Of a stretch of 64,000 nt of DNA, positions 44,073 through 53,847 are shown in pieces. Source of the DNA: Solirubrobacteraceae bacterium. Lineage in GTDB: Bacteria > Actinomycetota > Thermoleophilia > Solirubrobacterales > Solirubrobacteraceae. The notes under the pieces were generated by a model. That model worked only from the letters and a program-made list of their open reading frames with translations, was not told the DNA's origin and ran no database searches. The translations under genes and the position numbers were made by a program. Each line of letters begins with the position of its first letter. The stretch's first letter is position 1. The stretch covers positions 2,219 to 66,218 of the forward strand of contig DASZKP010000068.1 of NCBI GenBank assembly GCA_035553395.1. The letters are read 5' to 3'.

Positions 44073-45230
44073 ATGGCTGGACTGATCGTGGTGGGCGTGG
44101 TGGTGTTCTTCATGCTGGTGCTGGCGGCGCGGACGATCCGCATCATTCCGCAGGCTCGGGCCGGCGTGGTCGAGCGGCTGGGGCGCTACAGCCGGACGTT
44201 GGATCCGGGTCTGACGTGGCTGGTGCCGTTCATCGACCGGGTCAAGCCGTTGATCGACCTCCGGGAGCAGGTCGTCAACTTCGCGCCGCAGCCGGTGATC
44301 ACCGAGGACAACGTCGTCGTCGGGATCGAGACGGTGCTGTACTTCACGATCACCGAGCCGAAGTCGGCGACCTACGAGATCGCGAATCCGCTCCAGGCGA
44401 TCGAGCAGCTGACGGTCACGACGCTGCGCAACGTGATCGGCGGCCTGACGCTGGAGGCGACGCTGACGGCGCGGGAGAGCGTGAACGTCGAGCTGCGGGG
44501 AGCGCTCGACGACGCGACCGGGAAATGGGGGATCCGGATCAATCGGGTGGAGATCAAGTCGGTCGACCCGCCGGCGGACATCCGGGCGGCGATGGAGAAG
44601 CAGATGCGTGCCGAGCGCGACCGGCGGGCGGCGATCCTGACGGCCCAGGGGACCAAGCAGGCGGCGATCCTGACGGCCGAGGGGGAGAAGCAGTCGGCCG
44701 TGCTGAAGGCCGAGGGTGCGCGGCAGGCGGCGATCCTCAGGGCCGAGGGCGAGGCGAAGGCGATCGCGACGGTGTTCGACGCGATCCACGCGGGCGACCC
44801 GGACGAGAAGCTCCTCAGCTACCAGTACCTGCAGATGCTGCCGGAGCTGGCGCGGGGGGATTCGAACAAGGTCTTCGTGATCCCTTCGGAGTTCACGCAG
44901 GCGTTCGCGGGGATCGGCAACGCGCTCAACGAGTACGTCGGGCGGGGCCTGGGCGGCCCGGGAAGCTCGGGTGGGTCGGGCAGCTCGGGTGGGTCGGTGG
45001 AGCCGGCGGGCGAGACCGCGGAGCTCGAGGAGACGACGGGTGCGGGGGATCTCGGGGGGGACGGGGACATGATCGGGGCGTCCGGGTTGACCGAGGACGG
45101 CCAGTTGGCGGCCGACCCGGGCGTGGACGAGCCGGTCGGCCCGGTGGACGAGGTTGACCTCGGGTTGCTGCCGGGTGACGGGTCGGTGCCGACGAGCTCG
45201 TCGGCGGGGGAGGACGCGTCACCGGCATGA
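44073..45230 (+). CDS. SPFH/band 7 (stomatin-like) protein with a long G/S/D/E-rich tail
   Basis: IIPQARAGVVERLGRYSRTLDPGLTWLVPFIDRV...; GGAGGAG SD before ATG 44073. Confidence 0.88.
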   Translation: MAGLIVVGVVVFFMLVLAARTIRIIPQARAGVVERLGRYSRTLDPGLTWLVPFIDRVKPLIDLREQVVNFAPQPVITEDNVVVGIETVLYFTITEPKSATYEIANPLQAIEQLTVTTLRNVIGGLTLEATLTARESVNVELRGALDDATGKWGIRINRVEIKSVDPPADIRAAMEKQMRAERDRRAAILTAQGTKQAAILTAEGEKQSAVLKAEGARQAAILRAEGEAKAIATVFDAIHAGDPDEKLLSYQYLQMLPELARGDSNKVFVIPSEFTQAFAGIGNALNEYVGRGLGGPGSSGGSGSSGGSVEPAGETAELEETTGAGDLGGDGDMIGASGLTEDGQLAADPGVDEPVGPVDEVDLGLLPGDGSVPTSSSAGEDASPA

Positions 45231-45868
45231 GCGGGATCGCGGACCCGAAGATCGAGGCGTACGCGGAGCTGTGCACGACGCCGCCGACGAGCGAGCTGAC
45301 GAGCCTGCAGCTGGCGACGATGGAGACGTTGAGCTTCCCGTCGATGCTGAGCGGGCCGGTCGAGGGTCGGCTGCTGGAGCTGCTTGTGCACGCGGTCCAG
45401 GCGAAGTTGGTGCTCGAGCTGGGGACGTTCTCGGGGTTCAGCGCGCTGTCGATGGCCGCGGGTCTGCCGGAGGGCGGGCGGATCGTGACGTGCGAGATCT
45501 CGGCGGAGAACGCCGCGTTCGCGCGGGCGGCGATCGCGGCGAGCAGGCACGCGGATCGGATCGAGCTGCGAGAGGGTCCGGCGTTGGCGACGATCGCATC
45601 GCTGGACGGTCCGTTCGACCTGGTCTTCATCGACGCGGATAAGCCGGGCTATGTTCATTACTTCGAGGCGGTCCTGCCGAAGCTGTCGGGCCATGGGCTG
45701 ATCGTCGTCGACAACACGCTGTGGAGCGGGCGGGTGCTCGACGACGATGACGAGACGGGGGACACGCGGGCGCTGGCGTCGTTCAACGACTACCTTGTCA
45801 GCGACCCGCGAATCGTCTGCGTGATGTTGACGGTCCGGGACGGCGTGACGCTGATCCGGCGGAAGTGA
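45227..45868 (+). CDS. class I SAM-dependent O-methyltransferase (caffeoyl-CoA OMT-like)
   Basis: LELGTFSGFSALSMA...FDLVFIDADKPGYVHYFE...VVDNTLWSG; ATGA overlap with the SPFH gene. Confidence 0.88.
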   Translation: MSGIADPKIEAYAELCTTPPTSELTSLQLATMETLSFPSMLSGPVEGRLLELLVHAVQAKLVLELGTFSGFSALSMAAGLPEGGRIVTCEISAENAAFARAAIAASRHADRIELREGPALATIASLDGPFDLVFIDADKPGYVHYFEAVLPKLSGHGLIVVDNTLWSGRVLDDDDETGDTRALASFNDYLVSDPRIVCVMLTVRDGVTLIRRK

Positions 45869-45891
45869 CCCTCGTGTTGGGGAGGTAGGCC

Positions 45892-47223
45892 TTGTTCGAT
45901 TCGCTCTCAGAGAAGCTCCAGGCGACGCTCGCCGAGGTCCGGCGGCACGGCGCGCTGACCGAGGACGACGTGACGCGGGCGATGCGGGAGATCCGCCTGG
46001 CGCTGCTCGAGGCGGACGTCAACTTCAAGGTCGTCAAGGACTTCACGGCGCGTGTGCGGGAGCGGTGCCTCGGGGCTGATGTGCTGGGGCAGCTGAACCC
46101 GGGACAGCAGGTCGTGAAGATCGTCCACGAGGAGCTGGCCGAGCTGATGGGGGGCGCGTCGGCGGGGATCGCGTTCTCGCCGCGACCGCCGACGGTGATC
46201 CTGATGGCCGGCCTCCAGGGGTCGGGCAAGACGACGGCGACGGGCAAGCTCGCGCGCCAGCTGCGCGAGGAGAACGGAAGCTCGGTCGGGGTCGCCGCGT
46301 GCGACGTCTACCGGCCGGCGGCGGTCGACCAGCTGATCAAGGTCGGCGCGCAGGCGGGGGCGACGGTCTACGAGCAGGGGACCGATCGCAACCCGGTCGA
46401 CATCGCCAAGTGGGCGCTGGGCCGGGCGCGGGAGGACGGTAAGGACGTCCTGATCGTCGACACGAGCGGTCGCCTGCATGTGGACGCGGAGCTGATGGCC
46501 GAGCTCGTGGCGATCCGGGCGGCGGTCAAGCCGCACAACATCCTGCTGGTCGTCGATGCGATGACCGGGCAGGACGCGGTCAACGTGGCCGAGCAGTTCG
46601 CGGCGGCGGTGCAGTTCGACGGCGTCGTGATGACCAAGCTCGACGGCGACGCCCGCGGCGGCGCGGCGCTGTCGGTCCGGGCGGTCACCGGCAAGCCGAT
46701 CCTGTTCGCGTCGACCGGGGAGAAGCTCGATCAGTTCGAGCGCTTCCACCCGGAGCGGATGGCGCAGCGGATTCTCGGGATGGGCGACGTGATGACGCTG
46801 ATCGAGAAGGCCGAGCGGGAGTTCGACGAGGACCAGTCGCAGGACCTCGAGAAGCGGCTGCGGGCGGGGGACTTCAACCTGGACGACTTTCTCGGGCAGC
46901 TGAAGATGATGCGCCGGATGGGTCCGCTGCAGGGCCTGCTGGGAATGATTCCGGGCGTCGGGGCGCAGATGCGGGGGGTCAAGGTCGACGAGCGGGAGGT
47001 CGACCGGCTGGAGGCGATCATCCTCGCGATGACGCCGGAGGAGCGGCGGCGGCCGGAGCTGATCAAGGGATCGCGGCGGCTGCGGATCGCGCGGGGGTCG
47101 GGGACGAACGTCCAGGCGGTCAACCAACTGGTCAAGCAGTTCGATCAGGTCCGCAAGATGATGCGCAAGCTCGGCAAGGGGAGGATGCCGGACCTGGGGG
47201 CGTTGATGCGCGGGGTCCGCTGA
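45892..47223 (+). CDS. ffh: signal recognition particle protein Ffh
   Basis: MAGLQGSGKTTATGKLA...DTSGRL...TKLDGDARGGAALS, plus the M domain. Confidence 0.93.
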   Translation: MFDSLSEKLQATLAEVRRHGALTEDDVTRAMREIRLALLEADVNFKVVKDFTARVRERCLGADVLGQLNPGQQVVKIVHEELAELMGGASAGIAFSPRPPTVILMAGLQGSGKTTATGKLARQLREENGSSVGVAACDVYRPAAVDQLIKVGAQAGATVYEQGTDRNPVDIAKWALGRAREDGKDVLIVDTSGRLHVDAELMAELVAIRAAVKPHNILLVVDAMTGQDAVNVAEQFAAAVQFDGVVMTKLDGDARGGAALSVRAVTGKPILFASTGEKLDQFERFHPERMAQRILGMGDVMTLIEKAEREFDEDQSQDLEKRLRAGDFNLDDFLGQLKMMRRMGPLQGLLGMIPGVGAQMRGVKVDEREVDRLEAIILAMTPEERRRPELIKGSRRLRIARGSGTNVQAVNQLVKQFDQVRKMMRKLGKGRMPDLGALMRGVR

Positions 47224-47437
47224 GCGAGGCCGATTTTTCGGGCCGCGGTCGGGTGAACGCGGGCTGAAGGGGAGGGGCCGGGCGTGGTCGGGGGTCGGGC
47301 GGCCGGTCGGTCGGGGGCTTCCGTGAATGAGCGCGCGCGCGTCTTGCGGCGAGCCGAGGGAGCGCGCAGGCGTCTCGCGGCGAGTTGAAGGGAGCCCGAC
47401 GGTGTCTTCAACGAGCTGGGGGGTCTCTTCGAGGAGA

Positions 47438-47467
47438 TGGTTGCTTGCAGCAAGCAACCATTTTTTC
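47438..47467 (+). terminator. canonical intrinsic terminator: 11-bp-arm hairpin followed by TTTTTT
   Basis: tggttgcttgc-a-gcaagcaacca, then tttttt. Sits 215 nt after the ffh stop, so it may end a separate short transcript. Confidence 0.7.
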
Positions 47468-47683
47468 TCGCGCGGGCTCTCGCTCCGGTCATCTTGGCTG
47501 GGCCCGGGCGGCGACCCTGCCCCGGCGTTGGCAAGGTCTCAGCGCGCTTCTCGATCGGACCGATATCGAGACCGGCAGGGTGGGGGCGCGACGGATCGCG
47601 GGCGAGCCCGTTGGGGCCGAGTCGGCGCCGTCCGCGCCGGGCACGCTAATCTGGCTGTTCCAGCAAAGCTCCGAAAGGGACCC

Positions 47684-47926
47684 GTGGCAGTAAGACTTAG
47701 GCTCACCCGCGTGGGTGGCAGGAAGGATCCGGTCTGGCGCGTCGTCGTGGCGGACCAGCGGTCACCGCGAGACGGACGAGTGATCGAGACCGTCGGTCAG
47801 TACAACCCGCAGACAGAGCCGTCGACGATCGTGATCGACGAGGCGCGGGTGCGTGACTGGCTGGCGCGGGGCGCGCAGCCGTCGCAGACGGTCCGCAAGC
47901 TCCTGCGCACGCAGGGCATCAGCTGA
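47684..47926 (+). CDS. rpsP: 30S ribosomal protein S16
   Basis: VAVRLRLTRVGGRKDPVWRVVVADQRSPRDGR; SD AAAGGGA before GTG 47684. Confidence 0.92.
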   Translation: MAVRLRLTRVGGRKDPVWRVVVADQRSPRDGRVIETVGQYNPQTEPSTIVIDEARVRDWLARGAQPSQTVRKLLRTQGIS

Positions 47927-47948
47927 GCGGAGGCGTCAGACCGTGGAG

Positions 47949-48182
47949 ATGACCGAGCTGCTCGAGTATCTGGCCGAGGGCTTGGTCGACGATCCGGAGC
48001 AGGTCACGGTGGAGCGGTTCGACGAGGACGACGGGACGATCGTGCTTGAGCTGGCGGTCGGTCCCGGCGACTACGGGAAGGTGATCGGCCGGGGCGGGCG
48101 GACAGCGCACGCCTTGCGGACGGTCGTCCGGGCGGCCGGTGCGCGGGACGGACAGCGCGTGCTCCTTGACATCGTCGACTGA
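47949..48182 (+). CDS. KH-domain RNA-binding protein (YlqC family)
   Basis: GKVIGRGGRTAHALRTVV GxxG motif; conserved position after rpsP. Confidence 0.85.
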   Translation: MTELLEYLAEGLVDDPEQVTVERFDEDDGTIVLELAVGPGDYGKVIGRGGRTAHALRTVVRAAGARDGQRVLLDIVD

Positions 48183-48678
48183 GTCGGTCGCCGACGGCGG
48201 CCTGCTGGCCGGTTACGTCGGGCGACCGCACGGCCTGGACGGGAGCTTCCACGTCAGCCGGGCCCGGCCGGGGCTGCTCGAGCTCGGGCGAACGGTGAGA
48301 CTGGGCGGGCGGGAGACGAAGATCGTCCGCCTGGCCGGGTTCGACGCGCATCCGATCGTCCGGGTCGAGGGTTGCGGCGACCGGGACGGGGCGCAGGCGC
48401 TGCGCGGGGCGAGCCTGGAGGTCGACGCGTCACTGGCGGCGCCGCTGCCGGAGGACGAGTGGTGGGCCGAGGAGCTGGCCGGGTGCCGGGTGGTCGACGG
48501 GGAGCGGCCGGTGGGGGTCGTGCGGTCGATGCTGGGGCTGCCGTCGTGCGAGTGCCTGGAGGTGCAGCGGCCGGATGGGCCGGACATCCTCGTGCCGATG
48601 GTGCGGGACGCGATCCGGCGGGTGGACGTGAAGGCCGGGGAGATCGACATCAACCTGGCGTTTCTCGGGGAGCTGTGA
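48139..48678 (+). CDS. rimM: 16S rRNA processing protein RimM; start uncertain (GTG 48139 or TTG 48166)
   Basis: LLAGYVGRPHGLDGSF...PRC-barrel C-terminus. Confidence 0.8.
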   Translation: MRGTDSACSLTSSTESVADGGLLAGYVGRPHGLDGSFHVSRARPGLLELGRTVRLGGRETKIVRLAGFDAHPIVRVEGCGDRDGAQALRGASLEVDASLAAPLPEDEWWAEELAGCRVVDGERPVGVVRSMLGLPSCECLEVQRPDGPDILVPMVRDAIRRVDVKAGEIDINLAFLGEL

Positions 48679-49361
48679 CCGGGCTCGACGTCTTCACGCT
48701 GTTCCCGGAGTGGTTCGAGTGGTTTCGCACGCAGCGCCATGTGGCCAACGCGCTGGCCGGGGGGAGCCGGCTGGAGTGCATCAACCCGCGCGATTATTCG
48801 AGCCTGAGCGGCCGGCAGGTCGACGACACGCCGTTCGGCGGGGGGGCGGGGATGATCCTGCGGGTGGATGTGATGGAGGCGGCCCTACGGGCGCGGTATG
48901 CGTGCGATCCGGTCGAGCTGGGTGGTCGACGGCGGGTCGTGGCGCTGATGCCGGGTGGGCGGCTGCTGGATGACGGGCTGGTCGAGGAGCTGGCGGCCGA
49001 GCCGGAGGTGACGCTGCTGTGCGGGCGGTACGAGGGTTTCGACGAGCGGATCGTCGAGCATTTCGCGACCGACCGGATCTCGATCGGGCGGTACGTCCTG
49101 TCGGGCGGCGAGCTTGCGGCGATGGTGGTCTGCGACGCGATCCTGCGCAAGCAGCCGGGCGCGCTGGGTCACGCGGACTCTGCGATCGAGGAGTCGTTCA
49201 GCCGGGCGCTCGAAGGAATGCCTGAGTACCCGCATTACACGCGGCCGGCCGAGTACCGGGGGTGGCGTGTACCGGACGTCCTGCTGTCGGGCCACCACGC
49301 GGAGATCCGTCGGTGGCGGCTCGAGCGGTCGCGGGAGCTGGCGGGAGAGCTCGGCGACTGA
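48675..49361 (+). CDS. trmD: tRNA (guanine37-N1)-methyltransferase
   Basis: [10 protein letters not shown]...[14 protein letters not shown]...[10 protein letters not shown]; GTGA overlap with rimM. Confidence 0.92.
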   Translation: MTGLDVFTLFPEWFEWFRTQRHVANALAGGSRLECINPRDYSSLSGRQVDDTPFGGGAGMILRVDVMEAALRARYACDPVELGGRRRVVALMPGGRLLDDGLVEELAAEPEVTLLCGRYEGFDERIVEHFATDRISIGRYVLSGGELAAMVVCDAILRKQPGALGHADSAIEESFSRALEGMPEYPHYTRPAEYRGWRVPDVLLSGHHAEIRRWRLERSRELAGELGD

Positions 49362-49444
49362 GCGGTCGTGGTGACGGTCGGGTCGGCGGCGCGCTACCAT
49401 GGGGCCTGCGCCGGCGTTGGACACGCTCGCGCCTTTCTTTTGCC

Positions 49445-49933
49445 ATGAGTGGAGTCATCGAAAGCATCGAGCGTGCACAACTGCGCAGGGTGCCCAACTT
49501 TTCGTCGGGGGACCGTTTAAAGGTCCATTTCCAGGTGATCGAGGGAACTCGGAAGCGGACGCAGATCTTCGAAGGCGTGGTGATCAAGCGTCAGGGCGAG
49601 GGAGCCCGGGAGACGTTCACGGTCCGTAAGCAGTCGTTCGGCGTGGGCGTGGAGCGGACGTTCCCGGTCCATTCGCCGAAGATCGAGCGGATCGAGGTCG
49701 CCGCGCGCGGGGAGGTCCGCCGGGCGAAGCTCTACTACCTGCGTGACCGCGTGGGCAAGCGTGCGCGCGTGCGCGAGCGGGGTTACGTGGGACCGGAGGA
49801 GAAGGTCGAGCCGGGTCTGCTGTACCCGCCGGCCGCCGAGGTTTCCGCGAACGGGTCGGAGGGTGAGGGAGAGCCGCAGGGGGCTACGGACGCGAGTGGA
49901 GCGTCGCAGCCGCAGTCCAAAGCACCAGCGTGA
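49445..49933 (+). CDS. rplS: 50S ribosomal protein L19 with a ~45 aa C-terminal extension
   Basis: [29 protein letters not shown]...RRAKLYYLR. Confidence 0.92.
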   Translation: MSGVIESIERAQLRRVPNFSSGDRLKVHFQVIEGTRKRTQIFEGVVIKRQGEGARETFTVRKQSFGVGVERTFPVHSPKIERIEVAARGEVRRAKLYYLRDRVGKRARVRERGYVGPEEKVEPGLLYPPAAEVSANGSEGEGEPQGATDASGASQPQSKAPA

Positions 49934-50541
49934 TCCTCAAGACACTCTCGCGCGGTAACTCGATCGTCGAGTTCGTCCTGATCGTCCTGATCGCCCTGGC
50001 ACTTGCCTTCTGCATCCAGGCGTTCGTCGTCAAGCCGTACCGGATCCCGAGCCAGTCGATGGTGCCGACCCTGATCATCGGGCAGCGGGTTCTGGTCGAT
50101 CGGCTGGGCAACGACTTCGAAGATCCGCACATCGGCGAGATCGTCGTCTTCCATCCGCCGGAGGGTGCTGTGAACCAGGATCCGACGTGCGGGGCGCCGG
50201 TCACACCGACGCAGATCTGCCCGACGCCGACGCCGCAGGAGGCGAGCGTGAACTTCATCAAGCGGGTCGTCGCGGGTCCGGGCGACACGATCTCGGTCCA
50301 GGGTGGTCACGTGATCCTGAACGGGAAGCTCCAGAAGGAGCCGTTCACGGCGCCGTGTGCCGGGGGAACCGGGTGCGACCTGCCGACGCCGATCAAGGTT
50401 CCGGCCGGCCACTGGTTCATGATGGGCGACAATCGTGGCCAGTCCGACGACAGCAGATTCTGGGGACCGATCCCGAAGAAGTGGATCATCGGCGACGCCT
50501 TCGCGACCTATTGGCCGATCAGCAGAATCGGCGGACTCTGA
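49930..50541 (+). CDS. lepB: signal peptidase I
   Basis: [10 protein letters not shown]...KRVVAGPGD...[14 protein letters not shown]. Confidence 0.9.
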   Translation: MILKTLSRGNSIVEFVLIVLIALALAFCIQAFVVKPYRIPSQSMVPTLIIGQRVLVDRLGNDFEDPHIGEIVVFHPPEGAVNQDPTCGAPVTPTQICPTPTPQEASVNFIKRVVAGPGDTISVQGGHVILNGKLQKEPFTAPCAGGTGCDLPTPIKVPAGHWFMMGDNRGQSDDSRFWGPIPKKWIIGDAFATYWPISRIGGL

Positions 50542-50545
50542 GGCG

Positions 50546-51241
50546 GTGAGCGGGGGCCGGCGACCCGTGCCGGCCAACGCGCGGGCGCGGCGGGCGGCAC
50601 GGCGTCGGACGAGTGGTCGGAGGTTGTTCGCGTTCGACCGGAGCCTGGGGATTCGCTTCGTCGCGGGGGCCGACGAGGCCGGCCGGGGATGCCTGGCCGG
50701 GCCGCTGGTGGCGGCGGCGGTGATCTTCGACCAGGAGGCGCTGACGACGCGTGAGCTGCGGGCGCTGGGGGCGCTCAACGACTCCAAGCAGCATGATCAC
50801 GCGGCGCGAGAGACGCTCTACCCGCTGGTGATGTCGATCGCCCTCCAGGTCGTCGTCGTCTCCCGGTGCGTGCGGGGAATCGACGATCGGGGCCTGCACG
50901 TGACGAACCTCGCGGCGTTGAGGGATGCGCTGCGAGGGGTTGCCAGGCCGGATTGCATCTGCCTGATCGACGGGTTTGCGGTTCCCGAGTTCGGCTTCGA
51001 GCAGCGGCCGATCATCGGGGGGGACGCTACGAGTGCGGCGATCGCGGCGGCGTCGATCATCGCCAAGGTGACGCGGGATCGGTTCATGCGACGGGCGGAC
51101 GAGCTCCACCCGGGGTGGGAGTTCGCGACGCATGTCGGCTACTCGACGCCCGAGCACCGGGCGGCGATCGGACGCCAGGGGGTCTCACCGCTCCACCGGA
51201 TGTCGTTCCAATCGACGGCCTACCAGCAGCTCGTGCTGTAG
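50546..51241 (+). CDS. rnhB: ribonuclease HII
   Basis: AGADEAGRGCLAGPLVAAAV...DSKQ...ASIIAKV. Confidence 0.9.
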   Translation: MSGGRRPVPANARARRAARRRTSGRRLFAFDRSLGIRFVAGADEAGRGCLAGPLVAAAVIFDQEALTTRELRALGALNDSKQHDHAARETLYPLVMSIALQVVVVSRCVRGIDDRGLHVTNLAALRDALRGVARPDCICLIDGFAVPEFGFEQRPIIGGDATSAAIAAASIIAKVTRDRFMRRADELHPGWEFATHVGYSTPEHRAAIGRQGVSPLHRMSFQSTAYQQLVL

Positions 51242-51418
51242 GCGGCGGCGCTCGGAGCAGGGGGCCCGCGCCGCGGCTGTGACCGGAAGGCTGTGAGGCG
51301 GGCGGTGGCTTCTTGACCAGGTCGGCCTGTCGATGCTCTCGAGAGCCTGCCCAGGGGCCATCAGAGGTGCCCGAGGCGGGCTGGCGGATCAAGCGGCACA
51401 GGCTCGAGTAGAGAGATC

Positions 51419-51464
51419 GCTGCCTGAGTCAGGCAGCTTTCTCCCGAAGGACGCGACACCTTCG
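51419..51464 (+). terminator. copy 2 of the conserved 32-nt hairpin+TTTCTC element, followed by a second 6-bp hairpin
   Basis: gctgcctgagtcaggcagctttctcccgaagg at 51419-51450, then CGAAGG-N8-CCTTCG at 51445-51464. Convergent gap between rnhB and yraN. Confidence 0.45.
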
Positions 51465-51514
51465 ACCGTCTGACGGCCCCCGGCCCCCCGGGAGAACGTC
51501 GGGCGGGTCTCGGC

Positions 51515-51883
51515 CTACATGATCGCCTCCCGCTGGTCGAGCTCGACGAGGCGGCCGTGGGCGTCAATCACGACGCCGACGGCGTCGAAGCGGAACTCGT
51601 TGGCGCGGGGCGGCTTGAGCTGACCGGCGAGCCAGCTCGCGGCGAGCACGCGGAGGCGGCGCTGTTTTGCGTCGGTGATCGCGTCGAGCGGGTCCCAGCC
51701 GCCGAGGCGGCGGGTCTTGACCTCGGCGAAGACGACAGTCCGGCCGTCGTAGACGATCAGGTCGAGCTCGCCGGCCCGGACACGGTAGTTGCGCTCGAGC
51801 AGGCGGAAGCCGAGGCGGGCGTAGTGCTCGAGGGCGAGTCGCTCGCCGAGCCGTCCGAGGCGGGCGCGGTGGTCGTCTGGCAT
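51515..51883 (-). CDS. yraN: YraN family (UPF0102) endonuclease-like protein, inverted relative to its neighbours
   Basis: LGERLALEHYARLGFRLLERNYRVRAGELDLIVYDGRTVVFAEVKTR. Confidence 0.85.
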   Translation of the reverse strand: MPDDHRARLGRLGERLALEHYARLGFRLLERNYRVRAGELDLIVYDGRTVVFAEVKTRRLGGWDPLDAITDAKQRRLRVLAASWLAGQLKPPRANEFRFDAVGVVIDAHGRLVELDQREAIM

Positions 51884-51890
51884 ATCGTCG

Positions 51891-51896
51891 ACCGTA
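51891..51896 (-). promoter_or_regulatory. -10-like box TACGGT, 7 nt upstream of the yraN ATG
   Basis: The reverse complement of 51891-51896 is TACGGT; 7 nt further on is ATG at 51883. Confidence 0.35.
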
Positions 51897-52036
51897 CGCC
51901 GGTCGACCGGATCGGTGGGCGAAGGTCTGTGACAACTTCGCCACACGAATGTTGGGCTTTGTGACAGTCGATGCGGACGCGGTGCGGGCCGGGCGCATCG
52001 ACGAGTCCCGTCCCAAGCGGGTGGTTGGATCGTGGG

Positions 52037-53596
52037 GTGCTGGCCCGGGCCCATAGCTTCGCGATCGAGGGCGTCGAGGCGCGGCGGGTGTGCGTCGAGC
52101 TCGACATCCGGTCGGGCCTGCCGGCGTTTCACATCGTCGGGCTGCCGGGCACGGGGGTGCGGGAGGCGCGTGAGCGGGTCCGTGCGGCGGTCCTGAACTC
52201 GGAGTTCGCCTTCCCGCGTCAGCGGGTCACGGCGAATCTCGCGCCGGCTCACCTCGAGAAGACGGGGCCGGGTTTCGACCTTGCGCTGGCGTGCGCTGTG
52301 CTCGGGGCGAGCGGCCAGGTCTCGACGTCGAGGCTGGAGCGGATCGCCCTGTTCGCGGAGCTGTCGCTCGGCGGCGAGCTGCGACCGTGCCGGGGTGTGC
52401 TGGCGGCGGCGCAGGCGGCCGAGCGGGCGGGCTTCCGCGGCCTGGTCGTGGCGCGGGCGAACGCGGCCGAGGCCGGGGAGGTCGGCGGTCTGCCGATCGC
52501 GGGGCTGGCCAACCTCGGCGAGGTCGCTGAGCTCCTGGACGGCCGGCGGACGGCGCGGGCGTCACGCGGAAGCGGCTTCGTCGCGGCGGGGGCGTCGGGC
52601 GGCGGGCCGGACCTGGCGGACGTCAGAGGGCAGGCGGCGGCGATCGGCGCGCTGCGGATCGCCGCGGCGGGCGGCCACCATCTCCTGCTCAACGGGCCGC
52701 CTGGCGTCGGCAAGACGATGCTGGCACGGCGGCTGCCGTCGATCCTGCCGCCGCTGCGGCGGTCGGAGGCCCTCGAGGTGACGAAGATCCACAACGCCGC
52801 CGGCGAGCACGCCGGCGTCGGCCTGGTCCGGGAGCGACCGTTCCGCGCGCCCCACCATACGATCTCGGCGGTCGGGCTGGTCGGAGGCGGACCGCTGGCG
52901 ATGCCGGGCGAGGCGGTCCTCGCCCACCAGGGCGTGCTGTTCCTGGACGAGCTGTCGGAGTTCTCGAAAGCCGCGCTCGAGGCGCTGCGCCAGCCGCTCG
53001 AAGGCGGCGAGATCGTGATCGTCCGGCGGGCGCGGACGGCGGTCTACCCGACCCGCTTCATGCTGGTGGCGGCGATGAATCCGTGTCCGTGTGGGCACCT
53101 CGGCGGGGGCCAGCTCCCGTGCCGGTGCACTGAACCTGACCTCGACCGCCACCGGCGGAAGCTGAGCGGTCCGCTGATGGACCGGATCGAGCTCGTCGTG
53201 CGGGTCCTCCGACCGACGACGGCCGAGCTGAGCGGTCCGGCCGGGACGAGCTCGGCGGCGATCCGGGGAGAGGTCGTCGAGGCTCGGGCGCGGCAGACGG
53301 CCCGACTGCGGGGGACGCGGGCGACGTGCAACGGGGAGCTCGACGCGCCGCTGTTGCGGCGGGTCTGCGAGCTCGACGAACGGGCGGAGACGGTGCTGCG
53401 GCGAGCCTACGAGCGGGGCGCTCTGAGCGTCCGCGGGCAGGCCCGGACCCTGCGCGTCGCGCGGACGGTGGCCGACGTGGCCGGGAGCCGGCGTGTCCTG
53501 GCAGACCACGTCGAGACGGCGCTGGGGCTGCACCCGGAGGGAGCGGTGGCCCTGCGCTCGGTCGAGGATCCGCGGCGGCGGCGGGAGTCGGCGTGA
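52037..53596 (+). CDS. comM: YifB/ComM family Mg-chelatase-like AAA+ ATPase
   Basis: SFAIEGVEARRV...GPPGVGKTMLA...GVLFLDELSEF...CPCGH...C.C. Confidence 0.9.
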   Translation: MLARAHSFAIEGVEARRVCVELDIRSGLPAFHIVGLPGTGVREARERVRAAVLNSEFAFPRQRVTANLAPAHLEKTGPGFDLALACAVLGASGQVSTSRLERIALFAELSLGGELRPCRGVLAAAQAAERAGFRGLVVARANAAEAGEVGGLPIAGLANLGEVAELLDGRRTARASRGSGFVAAGASGGGPDLADVRGQAAAIGALRIAAAGGHHLLLNGPPGVGKTMLARRLPSILPPLRRSEALEVTKIHNAAGEHAGVGLVRERPFRAPHHTISAVGLVGGGPLAMPGEAVLAHQGVLFLDELSEFSKAALEALRQPLEGGEIVIVRRARTAVYPTRFMLVAAMNPCPCGHLGGGQLPCRCTEPDLDRHRRKLSGPLMDRIELVVRVLRPTTAELSGPAGTSSAAIRGEVVEARARQTARLRGTRATCNGELDAPLLRRVCELDERAETVLRRAYERGALSVRGQARTLRVARTVADVAGSRRVLADHVETALGLHPEGAVALRSVEDPRRRRESA

Positions 53597-53847
53597 ATCG
53601 GATGCGTCGTGGAACCGGTGTGGATCGCACGCCGCCGGGTGGGTGTCGTAAGTCGACGTGCCGGGCGGTGATGGCTGTGGTCGGTGGCGTCGTCGCCGGC
53701 GGCCGCGGCGCAGAGCGTGAGCGCGAAGAGGCAGGCGGCGGCCCAGACGAGGAGGCCGAGACCGAGAGCGAGGAGCATGGTGTCCTCATCGGCAGGCCGG
53801 CTGGCCGGCTGGAGCGGCCGGCGGGCGTCGGGAGCGGGCCGGCGGCG

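Noticed and set aside
51920-51965. CRP-like sites in the yraN/comM divergent spacer (tgtgacaacttcgccaca, ttgtgacagtcg).
   Set aside because: Arm spacing and the second half-site do not fit TGTGA-N6-TCACA. Only the TGTGAC half is present.
53407-53778. 123-aa minus-strand ORF starting with a strong TM helix.
   Set aside because: Only the first ~60 codons lie in intergenic DNA. The remainder is Arg-rich and overlaps the comM 3' end by ~190 nt on the opposite strand. I kept it as a remark under the lipoprotein finding rather than as a feature.
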